NCBI GenBank assembly: GCA_047967505.1
Contig: CM106538.1
DNA length: 64,000 bases
Source of the DNA: Dipteris shenzhenensis
Lineage: Eukaryota
Strand: one strand, 5' to 3'
Part shown: positions 47,856-61,439 of the stretch, piece by piece
How the letters are laid out: each line of letters begins with the position of its first letter
Position numbering within the stretch: position 1 is the stretch's first letter
The notes under the pieces: model-generated
Databases searched by the model: none
The model's input: only the letters and a program-made list of their open reading frames with translations
Told to the model about the DNA's origin: nothing
Translations under genes and position numbers: made by a program

Positions 47856-49111
47856 TAAGTTTATGTCTTTGTTCTCATTTAGGAGATGTCAAGAATGTAA
47901 CTATCACATTGGACTCTCAGGGACATGCGGGAAGACCTATTGGTCATGGAGGATGGCATGTCTAAGTCCTTTCACTTTACCTTAAATGGTGGAAAGGTAG
48001 GAAAGCATGCAAAGAAGCTCATCATGCAATATTGAAGATTATAAACAATGTGGGTTGGAACAATTATGGATTTTGACATTTTTCAATTAATAGTGGTGCA
48101 ATTAATTTTGATGTTTTGAATGGTTTTGTTTCATGTCAATGTCAAGTTTTGCCCAAAAAATTTATAATTCTTTTTATTATTTATATTTAGAACATTTGGG
48201 TATATATGGGTTATAAAGTTACTTTAGTTTCAAAGTTTCACTATCATAGCCATAGTTCTCCTAGCTATCAAACTACCATGGATTCTGCTAGGTCTGCCTT
48301 CCACAATTTCATCTCTTGTACTCCATTAATTGATAGAGAGGTGGAGTTATTTCAAGTCTTTGATAAGAGCATAGATGTCCTAGGCACCTACTTGGGAGCC
48401 CGAGACAATTTTAAAGACCTCATCAAGTACATGCAAGACCACATCGTGAGTTTTGCATATCAACTTGATGAGTTTACAAAAAGATGGGTCCCAATTGATT
48501 ATTTGAAGTACTTGTTCAATCAAGAACCTAGGTTCGTGCAGTGTTTAGATCGCTTTGAGCCCAACCCACACCCCTAGGTTTTAGGGAGGTGGACACCGAT
48601 GACCTCCTAGCATGTGGAGTCATCCGAAACATAGGAAATAAGTTCCTATCCTAGGAAATGACCTTTATTTTCCTTCTCTAGGAGGGACAAATGGAAGAGG
48701 AGGCCTCGACCTCAAGCCCTGACCTTGCCCCTACCCTTTCCGATCCTCTTATTTCTATAGATGAGCCCAACATCTACAATGAAGAGCCCATAGATGAAGA
48801 AGCTAAGGAGCGGGAAGCTACATTGGCCCTGGAAGTGCTCCAACGACCTCTTGAACCCCATTCTACTTCTCAATTTCCATCTACCTTGGGCAGCACCTCT
48901 GCTGACCCCGCAACAGTGATATGGTTTCTTGCTCCCCTTCTTGTCGATGGAGAACAATACCTCTTTCTCCATGACATAGAGGTTATGTTTGGTGTCCTGT
49001 GTGGATACGAGGTGGACACGACTATGCAAGAACCTGGGTTTTTGGGAGTAGATGATTCAATAGAAGAGGTTCTTGCTTTAACACTAGCCCAAATCAAAGA
49101 TGCAGAGACAT

Positions 49112-51008
49112 TGTGACATGAAGTTGGGGGTAATAAACTTCACGCACCTCTTCACTTCCTGCAGCATTCGAACTGACTGCCAAAGATACTTATCATTGAG
49201 AATGAGACATTAGAAAGAAGCTTTTATGCCAAGATACCACACCATACTTTCCTCCCTTAGATGAGAATGAAGATGGTAACATCCCAAGTGATGTTGTAGT
49301 CAAGCATAGGGAGAAGGAAAGGATCAGCAGAGGTCATAATCTCAGCGAGCCGATCTGCACCAAAGAGAAGAGCGATACGTTGTTGAAAGAAGATCTTGTA
49401 GCTCAACATGACATGAACTAATATATATCCAGGAGTTTGAAGGGGCTGATTAGGTCGGATGGGTAGATTCCGAGGAAACATTGCACCTCCTTCATAGATA
49501 TCTTTATACTTAGCTCAAAACAGTCTACAAACTGTCATTAGACACAGAGGCCTATAACTTTCAGTAGAGACATGATATTAAAGATTCAAGTACACAAAGA
49601 TATGCGCCTTGAGATGGGCTTCGCGCTGATATAAGTTTCATTGAAAACAGACAGACGGTTGAAGAGATATGGATAGTTTACTGGAAGGGGGTAAAAACTA
49701 TCATGAAAACAGACTCTCAAACACAGAGACTCATAACTTTTTGCAGCAGTATCTGATTTAAGATCTGATTATATAGGAACATGCGCCTTGAAGAGAGCTT
49801 TGCGCTGATATAAATTTTATTACAATCGGACTATTGAGCAAAAAGTTATGAGAAAAACACTAACAGGGGGTCAAACTATCATGAAAACTACCCTCCACTC
49901 AGGCTAATTTCGCCTGAGCAGGATGCTCCCTCAAGACTCCACCTTCATCAACGATCCACCCCTCATAGATTTTGCCTAGAAGAGAGGAAGAAGTTTGCAT
50001 AGTGGCTCAGGAAACAAACAGACCATGGGTGCACAGTGAGCAGCCGAAGAGAAAGAACTTTTAAGGCTTTGAAAGAAAGAAAAGGGAAGAGACACTCAAG
50101 AGAGAGAGAACCTGAAGTGACCTTCATTACAAATAGAGTGAGAATCCACCTCAACACTATAAATACAAGGGAGAAGAAGAGGTTTCATACATACAAGAGG
50201 GAGCGAGAGCTCCAAGACTACTCATAGAGAGAGAATAAACTAGAGAGAGAAGGACTCAAGAGTCTACATAAGAGAATATCTACAAGAGGAAGAGAAGGCT
50301 CATGGAAGAGGCTTTGGGAGACTAGAACTACAGCAACATAAGGCCCAATGGTGGAAGAGATTCTGCTGAACAAGGGAGAGGAGGGTTGCTTTTATAGAGA
50401 TTTTGTTACCCTCCTTCACCCATTTACAATTGCTGCCTGTAGATTCCTTTCCCCATCAATCACATAAGCACGTATGTGGTGCACCATCCATGTCCTTTTT
50501 GGCTACTCTTGCCATGTGTCCCATCAAAAGATGCTCAAGACTCTTAAAATATTGAGAAAGTCAAGAGTCTCCTCACATGGAGCCCATAGGGACCCTCTCT
50601 TTTCCACATGTCCACATCCTCCTTATTCCACATAGGAGTTCTAGAAGGATTCCTCTTGACTTCACACTCCTCCACATGCCTTCCACATGCTTGGCATGTG
50701 GCCTCTCTTATATTATTGGAACACATGAACATGAGCCCACCTCTTTATATGACTCACTCTTCCTATTTTCTAAAAAACTCATAATATCCCATACACAAAT
50801 AACTCTCACCCCATACCAAGGTATTTATAATTCATACCTATGGTATTTACAATGAGCCATTCCACTCATCCTCTCAATCCCATATAATATCATAGAAAAT
50901 AGAGATAAGTGAGAGCTACTAGGCTATCACTTGATACTCAAACTCTTATCAAACATAGAGAAAAACAATATCAATGCCAAGTTAAAAATATCAATTTTTG
51001 GCGTCACA
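49112..51008 (-). repeat. Gypsy 3' LTR
   Basis: Direct repeat of 58680-60584. Adjacent polypurine tract at 51009-51020 (GGGGGGGAAAGA on -). Confidence 0.96.
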
Positions 51009-51058
51009 TCTTTCCCCCCCAGCAGATCCTCTCTAGTACAGAGAGGGTCTGCTGGCCC

Positions 51059-51767
51059 TCAAGGTGGTCGAGCATAGAAGAATTTAAGGCGATACTCATT
51101 GGTGCGTCTGGGTATCACCATGCCATCAACATCCTCAAGCTGATAGGTTCCATTCGTGACATTCATATACATCCTTATGGAGGCGTGGCCAAAAGTAACC
51201 AATCTCTGCTTCCGTTGTGGTGTTAACCCTCGAGGAAACATGCCTTCTTCCACATATTGCTGAACATCTTGTAGTTTTGGCCATTCAGTGTCTACCCAAG
51301 AAACCACCCCCCGGTCTGGCACTACAATGGCTTTAGCTAACAAACTTGCAAAAGTCAAAGCGACTGCATTGTGCCATAGCCTTTTGATTAAGCTCCTTTA
51401 AATGAGGACTTTTTGTCTTGTAATGCCCTTGCATTTGCTTTATAATAAGCTGAGAATCTCCTCTTACTTCCAATTCTTTAACTTGACTTTGAAGACAACC
51501 CTCCAAACCAAGAATCAAAGCATTATACTCAGCTGCATTGTTAGTTGTGATACCTGGAAGCTCTTGTCCTCTTGCCCATACCTCTTGACCTTTAGGATTC
51601 ATCAAGACTATCCCCCCGGCTCCTTGTTGGCATGAAGGACTAAAAGCCCCATCAAAATACAAAACAAAAGCTATTGGTGGTGTATCCCTTTCATCTTTAA
51701 TGTTCTCCTTACATTTCTTTTCTTCTCCTAGATCCTCCCGCCCTGTGAGCAAATCTGCCATAGTGGA
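51059..51767 (-). pseudogene. Gypsy pol 3' part: archaeal-type RNase HI plus the integrase C-terminal tip
   Basis: 'LYFDGA..GAG..TNNAAEYNALILGL..VRGDSQLII.Q' followed by 'NGTYQL.D..N..RLKFF'. No HHCC or DDE core between them. Confidence 0.85.
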
Positions 51768-54700
51768 TGACAAAGTGAGGATCCTACTCTCCTAGTCACT
51801 AAGACAACATCCTAATACAACACTAATCTAAGGAGGATGCAACCTAAGTGCAAGCATGATGAAGAGAGTGCTCATGACATGTATCTCAAGTCAATTAAGT
51901 TCCAAGATAGATTAACTTGGACTCATAAAGAGAATCTTAAGATAGTGCAAAGTGCTTGATTGAATTACTTCAAATGAACCTCACTTTTATAGGTGAGGGT
52001 TCTTACATCCATTTTGCTTGCTCACATGTGGGATATCTCCTCCATGCCATGTGGCAGCTTACCCTTTGCTCATACCTTTGCTCTACAAGTGCTCATGGCA
52101 CCACAACTCTCAACACCTCCCCTTGGTGCCATAATTCTTTGGCTACTGCAAGGTGGTCAGATGTGAGTTACAAATCCATCACCTCCCCTTAGTGCATGCA
52201 TGCTACTTAAGGTGGTCAAGTGTGACTTCTACATGTCAATACCTCCCCTGGGTGCTTTCATAGCTACTCTCAGGTGGTCAGGTTTGATTTACAAAACATA
52301 ATAGGCAAGGTTGGCAAGGTTTTTTCTTTTCAATACATTCCATTGATGTCACCTTTTGGCTCATGGCTTGATGATGACTCCACGTAGTTGACTTGTTGAT
52401 TCTTCAATCTACAATCTTCTTCCTTGTGTCCTAGCTTCTTGCAATGGTGACACTTTGGTTTATTCTTCAATCTGCAGTCACTTTGATAGTGACCCATCCT
52501 TCCGCAATGGTAGCATTTCACTGATGTTTTACTGAATAGTGCTTGTTCTTCATTATAGCTGTTGAGTGTTGATGTTGATGTCGATGCCTTCAACTCTCTT
52601 TCTTTTTCGAGAAGAGAGGATACACATTCTTCAAACTTTGGATCTGGCAAATTCTTCAAAGTGGTTGTCAATGCACTATACTCTGCAGGCATGCTTTTAA
52701 GGAGAATTGCAAGTGCATCTTTCTCTCCTACTTTTGCATTTATGCCCTCTAGTTGAGTCATAATGCTTTTGATTTTGTTGACAAATTGTGCCATGGATTC
52801 ATTGAAGCCCATGTGCATACCATAGAATTCAATCTTAAGATGAATTTCTTGGTTTTTGGCTTTTGCACCAAACACTGTGTTCAACTCATCCCATGCATCC
52901 TTGGCATGATCTTTAGAGTCTATATGATGAATTATGTTTGGACCCAAGTGCAATCCAATGAGTGACAGTGCTGCTTCATCTTTTTCCTTCCAAGCATCAT
53001 TTTGTGCAGTGGGTATGTCTTCTTTTACAATCTTCCAAAGCTTTTGGTGCATCAGAAGATATCTCATTTGTGTAGACCATGTGTGAAATCCATCCCCGGT
53101 GAACTTCTCAACAGTTGGAGTGCGGATTGCCATTGCAAAGGTCTTACCAGTTTGATGATACTTTCAAATCTGGCAGTGTCTAATTGCATACAGAAAAACT
53201 GAGTTGACAGGTGCGTAGAGCTTGAAAAGACGATCACTTTTCCTTTTTGGAGCGTGTGCAAATTCTTCCTGGATTGCAAGTTATGGCTTGTTGGAGCTTT
53301 TGTGAAGAAGAGGGGTCTTTGATGATGTGGCATAGGATTTCACATGCAGAATTCAAACTGTGCTTACAAAGGGACTGTGCTTGGGTAGCACTGTAGTGAC
53401 CAATTACCCCGGTGTAGTTAACCACAATTACTTAGGCTGTACCAGGGTTTAACTGACCTGAACAGTTAACTTAACCACAGTTAACATTACCACCTTATCT
53501 TGCCACGTGGCCCTTTGTAGACTAATGGCTTATCTGCCACGTGTCTTCGTCTTTGGCTGCCATGTGTCCTAAGGTCCAACCTTAGAGAAAATGAAAGGAG
53601 AGCTTTGAGGGCAGCTTGCAGACGATGGCGACGAGGAAGACGAAACGGCATCGAAGATGCAGAGGAGAGTCCGGTGCTGCTAGAGCCGACAGCAACAGCT
53701 TCTGTGGACAGTCTTTAGGCCGTAGGTGTCGAGGGAGCGTTGCTGGAGCGTTGGACACACAGAAGCGTCGAACACACAGAAGCGTCGTTGGAGCATCAAG
53801 GAAGCTTTGGTCTAAGACTTTGAGGTGCTGCAGGCATAGAAGCTCGGCTAGCCCGTGTCATCATAGGAGCGAATGGCGGGGGAGCTCAGAGGTCATCGCA
53901 TAGAGGCCGCCTTGCCTTGAGGGTCATAGAAGGAGTCAGCCGTTGCGATCGAATCGTTGATGACTGCAGTGGAGGGCTTGACAAGGCTGCAATCGTCAAT
54001 ACCAATGCTCCTTAGCTCGTTGAAGGTTATCCGTCGGGTCACTAGGAGCATGAAGGTTGTCGGCTAAACGTGAGAGTTACTGCTACAGCTGGCTGAGGCG
54101 TAGGAGGTCATTGTTATGCTGTTGATGGAGCTTGCTTGTGAGTCGAGACTTCATTGCAGAGTTGTTGCTTGTTACACATTGGAGAGTCGCCTATGTCTCT
54201 CACTCTATTTCTCATGGAGTAGACTTTCTCTCAGCAATGAATACTCAAGAAACACTCTCAAATTCTCTTGAAATATCTCCCTATCTCTCTCTCTAAGCAC
54301 AAAGAGTGGGCTCACAAGAGCTCTCTTCAACTCTCATGGACGGAATTCTTTCAACGGGAGAATGAAAGAATGAACACTAAAAGAGAACACTCAACCTCAA
54401 TCTAAAAACTAATCTAGGAGAACTAGACCTAAGCTCTGATACCATGACAAAGTGAGGATCCTACTCTCCTAGTCACTAAGACAACATCCTAATACAACAC
54501 TAATCTAAGGAGGATGCAACCTAAGTGCAAGCATGATGAAGAGAGTGCTCATGACATGTATCTCAAGTCAATTAGGTTCCAAGATAGATTAACTTGGACT
54601 CATAAAGAGAATCTTGAGATAGTGCAAAGTGCTTGATTGAATTACTTCAAATGAACCTCCCTTTTATAGGTGAGGGTTCTTACATCCATTTTGCTTGCTC

Positions 54701-54792
54701 ACATGTGGGATATCTCCTCCATGCCATGTGGCAGCTTACCCTTTGCTCATACCTTTGCTCTACAAGTGCTCATGGCACCACAACTCTCAACA
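51768..54792 (-). mobile_element. Gag-only Ty1/copia-type LTR element (TR-GAG-like) nested in Gypsy pol
   Basis: 348-bp LTRs at 51768-52115 and 54445-54792 (TG..CA, about 3 differences). TSD GTGGA. PBS TGGTATCAGAGC (tRNA-iMet) at 54433-54444. PPT at 52116-52124. Confidence 0.96.
52330..53133 (-). CDS. gag: Copia-type Gag with two CCHC zinc knuckles
   Basis: 'FTGDGFHTW..M..LL..LW', 'AKDAWDEL', 'LLKSMP.EY', 'CYHCGRMGHYQSDC', 'CHHCKKLGHKEEDC'. Intact ORF. Confidence 0.92.
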   Translation of the reverse strand: MAIRTPTVEKFTGDGFHTWSTQMRYLLMHQKLWKIVKEDIPTAQNDAWKEKDEAALSLIGLHLGPNIIHHIDSKDHAKDAWDELNTVFGAKAKNQEIHLKIEFYGMHMGFNESMAQFVNKIKSIMTQLEGINAKVGEKDALAILLKSMPAEYSALTTTLKNLPDPKFEECVSSLLEKERELKASTSTSTLNSYNEEQALFSKTSVKCYHCGRMGHYQSDCRLKNKPKCHHCKKLGHKEEDCRLKNQQVNYVESSSSHEPKGDINGMY

Positions 54793-54797
54793 GTGGA

Positions 54798-57700
54798 CCT
54801 AGTGGTATTTTTAGTGACTTAAGAGAAAGAGAACTCTTGAAGCTCTGACAACCATTTTGCAAATCTCCCCCCAAGATTAGGCTTGCGAACTAGATATGCT
54901 AATACAGACTGAGAGGTAAGGAAGAAAAATGGTCGAGGTAATAAATAGGAGCGAAACTTTCTGACGGAAAGCACCACAGAGAGAGCTTGCTGCTCCATTT
55001 CTTCATACCTTATTTCCACATCTGTAAGCTATCGGCTGGCATAATAGATGGGTTGCATTCTACCTGCCTCTCCTTTTTGTAGCAATACAGCACCAACTGA
55101 ATGCAAAGATACACTCGAATTTACATAAAAGTCTTGAGACCAATCAGGGGGCTTCAATATCTTACTCATGGCCTCCTTAAGTTGCTGGAAAGACTCTTGT
55201 TGCTCCATACCCCATTGGAAAGAAACTCCTTTTCTTGTCAACAAGTTCATGGGATGCACTATCTCTGTGAAATCATCACAAAAGCGTTGATAATACTTGC
55301 TCTTTCCTAGAATTTTGCGAACACCAGTGACACTCTCAGGACTTAGTAATGCCATGATTGCTTGAACCTTGTCAGGATCCATTTGTAGGCCTTCTTGAGA
55401 CACAATATGCCCCAACAAGACTACTTTTGTTTGAGCCAAATGACACTTGCTAGGATTTAGACACCCTTTTGCTTCATCAATCCTAGCTAAGGCCATCTTT
55501 AACTTCTCCATGTGATCTATGCGCCGAGAATAAATGCAAAAATCATCCAAAAACACCCGTATGAACTTTCCCAAGTAAGGCTCCAGGACTTGACTCATGA
55601 ACCTTTGAAATGTAGCTGGTGCATTGGTCAACCCAAAAGGCATCACTCTGTAAGCAAAAACTCCCCAAGGTGTGACAAATGATGTTTTCTTTTGATCTTC
55701 CTCCCGAATACGAATTTGAAAGTACCCAGAATACCCATCACATACAGAATACATCTCATGCCCTGCTACTTGGTCTAGTATTTCATCTTGGAATGGCAAA
55801 GGAAAATGATCCCTCTGAGTGCATGCATTCAAAGGACGAAAGTCCACACAAACTCGCCACTTATTTCCTTTCTTCGGTGTGACAACTACAGGAGATATCC
55901 ATTCTGAATCATCAACAGGAAAGATGAATCCCACCTCAAGTAGTTGTGTTACCTCTTTCTTTAGTGCCTCAGCTTGGATCACCCCCAATCGCCTTAAGCA
56001 TTGCACAACTGGCTTGCTTTCTGGCTTCAACTCAATCTTGTGCTCCACAAGAGAGACTTGCCGAACCTGTGAATAGCTTGTTGCAAAGAGACATGGAAAA
56101 TCATCTAGCATATCTAAGTACTGGAGCTTCTCACTACCTGATAGAGAATCACCAAGAAGCTCTTCATTGCATTGGCGTCGTTTAATGTGCTCCACATTCT
56201 CCACATGAAGTGTCTCTACAAGATCTTCTTACACCACCACCTTGTTCCTTCCTGACTCATCCCGATCAGCACCAAGACAAAGACCAAAGGCCACTCCTTC
56301 CACCTCACCCTCTGAGTTGGACTCCTCGGAGCTACACCCTGTCTCTTCTTCTTCATCCGTTAAGTCAGAGCTTGAACTCTCTGATGTTGAAGACTCCTCC
56401 TTGACAACTTCCTTTTTGCGGCTTCTGATGTTGTAGCGCACCTTCTTATCATTTCCCTGCAAAATCAATTCTCCAGTATCGCACTTTTGAACAGCCTTCA
56501 CCTTGCATAGCCAAGGCCTTCCCAAAATCAATGGATAGGCACGTGCATCTGGCTTGGTAGGGATCGCCTGAAAAGTAGTCGGCACAGAAATTTCACATAC
56601 ATCCACTTCTAGATTCTTCACAACTCCCAAGGTCTTAACCCTAGTGTTGTCAGCCAATTTGATGCGATAAGGAGAGGTAGTACTAGAGTATTTTAAATCA
56701 GCATCTATCATGGTCTTCTCACTCATGATATTAATCAATGCACCTCCATCAATGTACACATTAGAAATCACTTGACCATCAATGATCGCATCAACCACAG
56801 GTACATCATCACCAACATCTATATCTACCTTTTGAACAACAGGAATGGCACTTTTCTTCTTTTTCTTCTTTGACACTCTTGTGCTTGCTAGTTTTCCCCA
56901 TTCCTTTCGTAGTTTTGGAGACAAAGCAAGTAATTGACCAAAGGTAATATGAGCTTCCTTTTCTTTAAGGTCGGACAACAAGTCATAGCTTCCAATTCCT
57001 TGTCCTAAAGGAAAGTCTGACTGGCTAGCTCTCCTTCTAGATGCCTTCTTTTTCTTACTACGGTGTTCCTCTTCCTGATGTTCCTCATCTACTTCTTCCT
57101 TGCTTTCTTCTTCTTCTTTTGGTTTACCACGCCCCCGTTTAGCCATCATTACCTCTTTTTTCTCATCCCCTGAAGAAGCTTCTAACAAGGATATTTGTTT
57201 TTCTTCTTTCTTTCTCAATCTAGGACACTCGGGGCGATAGTGACCTTTTTCATTACATGCATAGCAAGTGACCCCACTCCTATCTCGAGGCCTATCTTCA
57301 CTCTTTGGTGCTCTAGGTTGTCGTGCATTAACCAAATGCAATTTCAAATCAGCAAACTCTGCCATCAATTGGGAGATATTATGATCTAACTCAGAGGACT
57401 TTGGTACCTGAGGAGTGCTCATTACCTCCACCTTAGAAGTTAAAGCTATTGAAGACACAAAAGAGGATTTGACCTTTAGAGAAGCTTCTTTCTTGGTTGC
57501 AATGCGAAGCGCCTCCACATATGTTGTTGGATCTTTACTCATTACTTTTGAGCGAAGACGAGGCTCCAAAGCCATAACAAATTTGCTCGTCTTTAAGTGC
57601 TCCATCCCTGAGAGACTTTGAGGGGCCGATGATGCAGATGCCACAGCTCGCAAAGCTGCCCTTTCATACTTTTTCCATAAAGTTTCATATCGGATTGCCA

Positions 57701-58000
57701 ACGCGGAGACCAACTCACCCTCTCCTTGACAGAACCGGTCCAATTGCAACATCAAAGCATTTGGCGACTCCACTGCCCCAAATCTCTACTTCATTGCTAC
57801 CACCACTTGGTCCCAGTCCTCCTTGGTAGAGTCCGGCAAGGTCTCATGCCAACTCAAGGCTACACCTTCACGAAAATCAGGCAAAATCTCCGCCCGATCC
57901 TTCATGGACCATCTAGAAAGCCGGCATCCTCGAACAAAATCTCGAAGATAAGACTCCGGGTCTTCCCCTTGGGTCCCTCGAAACACTAGAATCTTCATCA
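54798..58000 (-). pseudogene. Gypsy gag-protease-RT-RNase H
   Basis: Gag with 'CYACNEKGHYRPEC', protease 'IDGGALINIM..LILGRPWL', RT 'WRVCVDFRPLN..MPFGLTNAPATFQR..FLDDF', RNase H 'GAVLLQ..PIYYASR'. Broken by stops and frameshifts. Confidence 0.95.
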
Positions 58001-58658
58001 TGATGAAACACAAAAAGGAAACACCAAGATCCAAATAATATCCCAAACAAGATCTGAACAAGATCCCGTAGAGCCTTAGTATACCAAGACCAACTTATTA
58101 TGCATAACCACTTGTTGAAAACCCTCCACAATGTGATCCTCAACAAAATCTTCAAAAATAAGTAACCAACCAGCACCATGAAAACATTGTGTATACATGC
58201 ATTCTAGAATCACCCTTCTCACAATAGGAAGTGCACATAAAAGCTTCAAGATATTGTAATCTTCATCATTTGCATAGCAAAAGAAGTTGAAAGCATTGAG
58301 AATCACCACTCCATTGTTATAGTCAAAACTACCCAAAGACTCAACTCTTCTTCACACCAAGCTGCCAGTGCATGGAACAATCCCCAATCTATCATTGTGC
58401 CTACTGCCGGCGTTGTCGATTCACCAACATATTCAACAATGCAAACATAAAGGATATGATCATGGTGACTGTGCGAATAGCTTGAGCATCACCTTCACAA
58501 TCTTCAAGTTCTCTTAAACGAGTTGCAATCTCTTCTAATGGAGTTCTTCTAGGCATCTTCTTTATCTCATCAAAACACATGCCTCTTCTAGGCATAACAT
58601 GCAATCAAGTACACCCTAGACCATTGAGTAAGGTGGGATGAATCCAACACCAAATGTA

Positions 58659-58674
58659 CCCGGCGTCTCCACCA
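58659..58674 (-). promoter_or_regulatory. Primer-binding site, tRNA-Ala-like
   Basis: TGGTGGAGACGCCGGG, 5 nt inside the 5' LTR boundary; complementary to a ...CGTCTCCACCA tRNA 3' end. Confidence 0.75.
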
Positions 58675-58679
58675 AAAGA

Positions 58680-60584
58680 TATGACATGAAGTTGGGGGTA
58701 ATAAACTTCACGCACTTCTTCACTTCTTGCAGCATTCGAACTGACTGCCAAAGATACTTATCATTGAGAATGAGACATTAGAAAGAAGCTTTTATGCCAA
58801 GATACCACACCATACCTTCCTCCCTTAGATGAGAATGAAGATGGTAACATCCCAAGTGATGTTGTAGTCAAGCATAGGGAGAAGGAAAGGATCAGCAGAG
58901 GCCATAATCTCAGCGAGCCGGTCTGCACCAAAGAGAAGAGCGATACGTTGTTGAAAGAAGATCTTGCAGCTCAACATGACATGAACTGATATATATCGAG
59001 GAGTTTGAGGGGGCTGATTAGGTCGGATGGGTAGATTCCGAGGAAACATTACACCTCCTTCATAGACACCTTTATACTTAGCTCAAAACACTCTACAAAC
59101 TATCATTAGACACAGAGGCCTATAACTTTCAGTAGAGACATGATATCAAAGATTCAAGTAAAAAAGAGATGCATCTTGAGATGGGCTTCACGCTGATATA
59201 AGTTTCATTGAAAACAGACAGACGGTTGAAGAGATATGGACAGTTTACTGGAAGGGGGTAAAAACTATCATGAAAACAGACTGTCAAACACAGAGACTCA
59301 TAACTTTTTGCAGCAGTATTTGATTCAAGATCTGATTATATAGGAACATGCCCTTGAAGAGACTTCGTGCTGATATAAATTTCATTACAATCGGACTATT
59401 GAGCAGAAAGTTATGAGCAAAACACTAACAGGGGGTCAAACTATCATGAAAACTACCCTCCACCTAGGCTAATTTTGCCTGAGCAGGATGCTCCCTCAAG
59501 ACTCCACCTTCATCAACGATCCACCCCTCATAGATTTTGCCTAGAAGAGGGGAAGAAGTTTGCATAGTGGCTCAGGAAACAAATGGACCATGGGTGCACA
59601 GTGAGTAGCCGAATAGAAAGAACTTTTAAGGCTTTGAAAGAAAGAAAAGGGAAGAGACACTCAAGAGAGAGAGAACCTGAAGTGACCTTCATTACAAATA
59701 GAGTGAGAATCCACCTCAACACTACAAACACAAGGGAGAAGAAGAGGTTTCATACATACAAGAGGGAGCGGGAGCTCCAAGACTACTCATAGAGAGAGAA
59801 TAAACTAGAGAGAGAAGGACTTAAGAGTCTACATAAGAGAATATCTACAAGAGGAAGAGAAGGCTCATGGAGGGCTCATGGAAGAGGCTTTGGGAGACTA
59901 GAACTACAGCAACATAAGGCCCAATGGTGGAAGAGATTCTACTGAACAAGGGAGAGGAGGGCTCCTTTTATAGAGATTTTGTTACCCTCCTTCACCCATT
60001 TACAATTGCTGCCTGTAGATTCCTTTCCCCATCAATCACATAAGCACGTATGTGGTGCACCATCCATGTGCTTTTTGGCTACTCTTGCCATGTGTCCCAT
60101 CAAAAGATGCTCAAGACTCTTAAAATATTGAGAAAGTCAAGAGTCTCCTCACATGGAGCCCATAGGGACCCTCTCTTTTCCACATGTCCACATCCTCCTT
60201 ATTCCACATAGGAGTTCTAGAAGGATTCCTCTTGACTTCACACTCCTCCACATGCCTTCCACACGCTTGACATGTGGCCTCTTTTATATTATTGGAACAC
60301 ATGGACATGAGCCCACCTCTTTATATGACTCACTCTTCCTATTTTCTAAAAAACTCATAATATCCCATACACAAATAACTCTCACCCCATACCAAGGTAT
60401 TTATAATTCATACCTATGGTATTTACAATGAGCCATTCCACTCATCCTCTCAATCCCATACAATATCATAGAAAATAGAGATAAGTGAGAGTTGCTAGGC
60501 TATCACTTGATACTCAAACTCTTATCAAACATAGAGAAAAACAATATCAATGCCAAGTTAAAAATATCAATTTTTGGCGTCACA
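58680..60584 (-). repeat. Gypsy 5' LTR
   Basis: Direct repeat of 49112-51008. Inner terminal TG is mutated to TA. A 10-bp duplication lies at ~59870. Confidence 0.96.
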
Positions 60585-61439
60585 ACATCAATCTACTCTG
60601 ACCTACCTGATGTTCCAAAAGAAGCCCTCACATCTCCCTCCAAACAACAAGAGGCCTTTGGATCCATCCTCATTGACAAAGAGGAAGGGATTGAGCATGA
60701 CGACTCCATAGTGGTAAGAAACTATGAGCTTTGAATTTCTTCTCTCTTGGTATACTTTTGCTTTAAAAGAATTCTAATGTAATGTTGGACTGTTGCAGGA
60801 GGTATTTGAGGTCGACCTACTCTCATCTCGGCAATGCCTTGTTCGCAATAGCTTCGGTCAAGATCACTCACTGGCACATTACATTGGCCAAGCAAAAGGG
60901 TACTTTGTGGTTATCCACAAAAAGTTCTCCACTTGGCACTGATGACCTCCTGAAGTGCAAGGCCCTTTCATGAGTGATTGGTCATGCTGACATCAATCGC
61001 AATGCTGACAAAGTCATTTTGGTGAGCCGCATGGCTGCCCTCAATGCCTTTGGAACCAATTTTCAAGGTATGGCATTGACGACAGCAGCCATGTCCTTGG
61101 CCAGCAACGACAATAGTGTTGGCTCTCTATCGACTAGGTTTAGAGCTAGGAGTGTATTTGGGAATTCAAAGCCCGATTTTCTCAGTGTTTTAGAGAAGAG
61201 AGAAAGGCTCTGAAGCCTTATTGTATAGAAATTTTATTTTATATGAATACAAATATACTTTTTATACAGTGCCCCATTTTGTGTTCTTTTACAAAATTTA
61301 TTTTATACTATCATTGTATTTTGTAACTTTAATTGTTGTTAGCATTAATATTTTCATTCACTATTCTATTCAAAAGCATGCTATCAGTAGATAAATTTTT
61401 GCATTATAATGGTCATTTCTGAGCAATCTAGTAAGAATC

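Larger units (their letters stand above)
49112..60584 (-). mobile_element. Ty3/gypsy LTR retrotransposon, Tat-like (extra archaeal-type RNase H), defective
   Basis: Two ~1.9-kb LTRs with outer ends TGTGAC...GTCACA. TSD ACAT. PBS and PPT present. Order gag-PR-RT-RH-aRH on the minus strand. Confidence 0.96.
48278..61213 (+). pseudogene. Unknown spliced gene interrupted by the Gypsy element
   Basis: Removing 49112-60588 restores the frame '..IKDAET-SIYSDLPDVP..'. GT..AG intron at ~60714-60798. Stops and frameshifts elsewhere. No family recognised. Confidence 0.55.

Noticed and set aside
49257-50855. Duplicated small ORFs also present at 58825-60431
   Set aside because: They lie within the two LTRs. 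The duplication reflects LTR identity, not genes.
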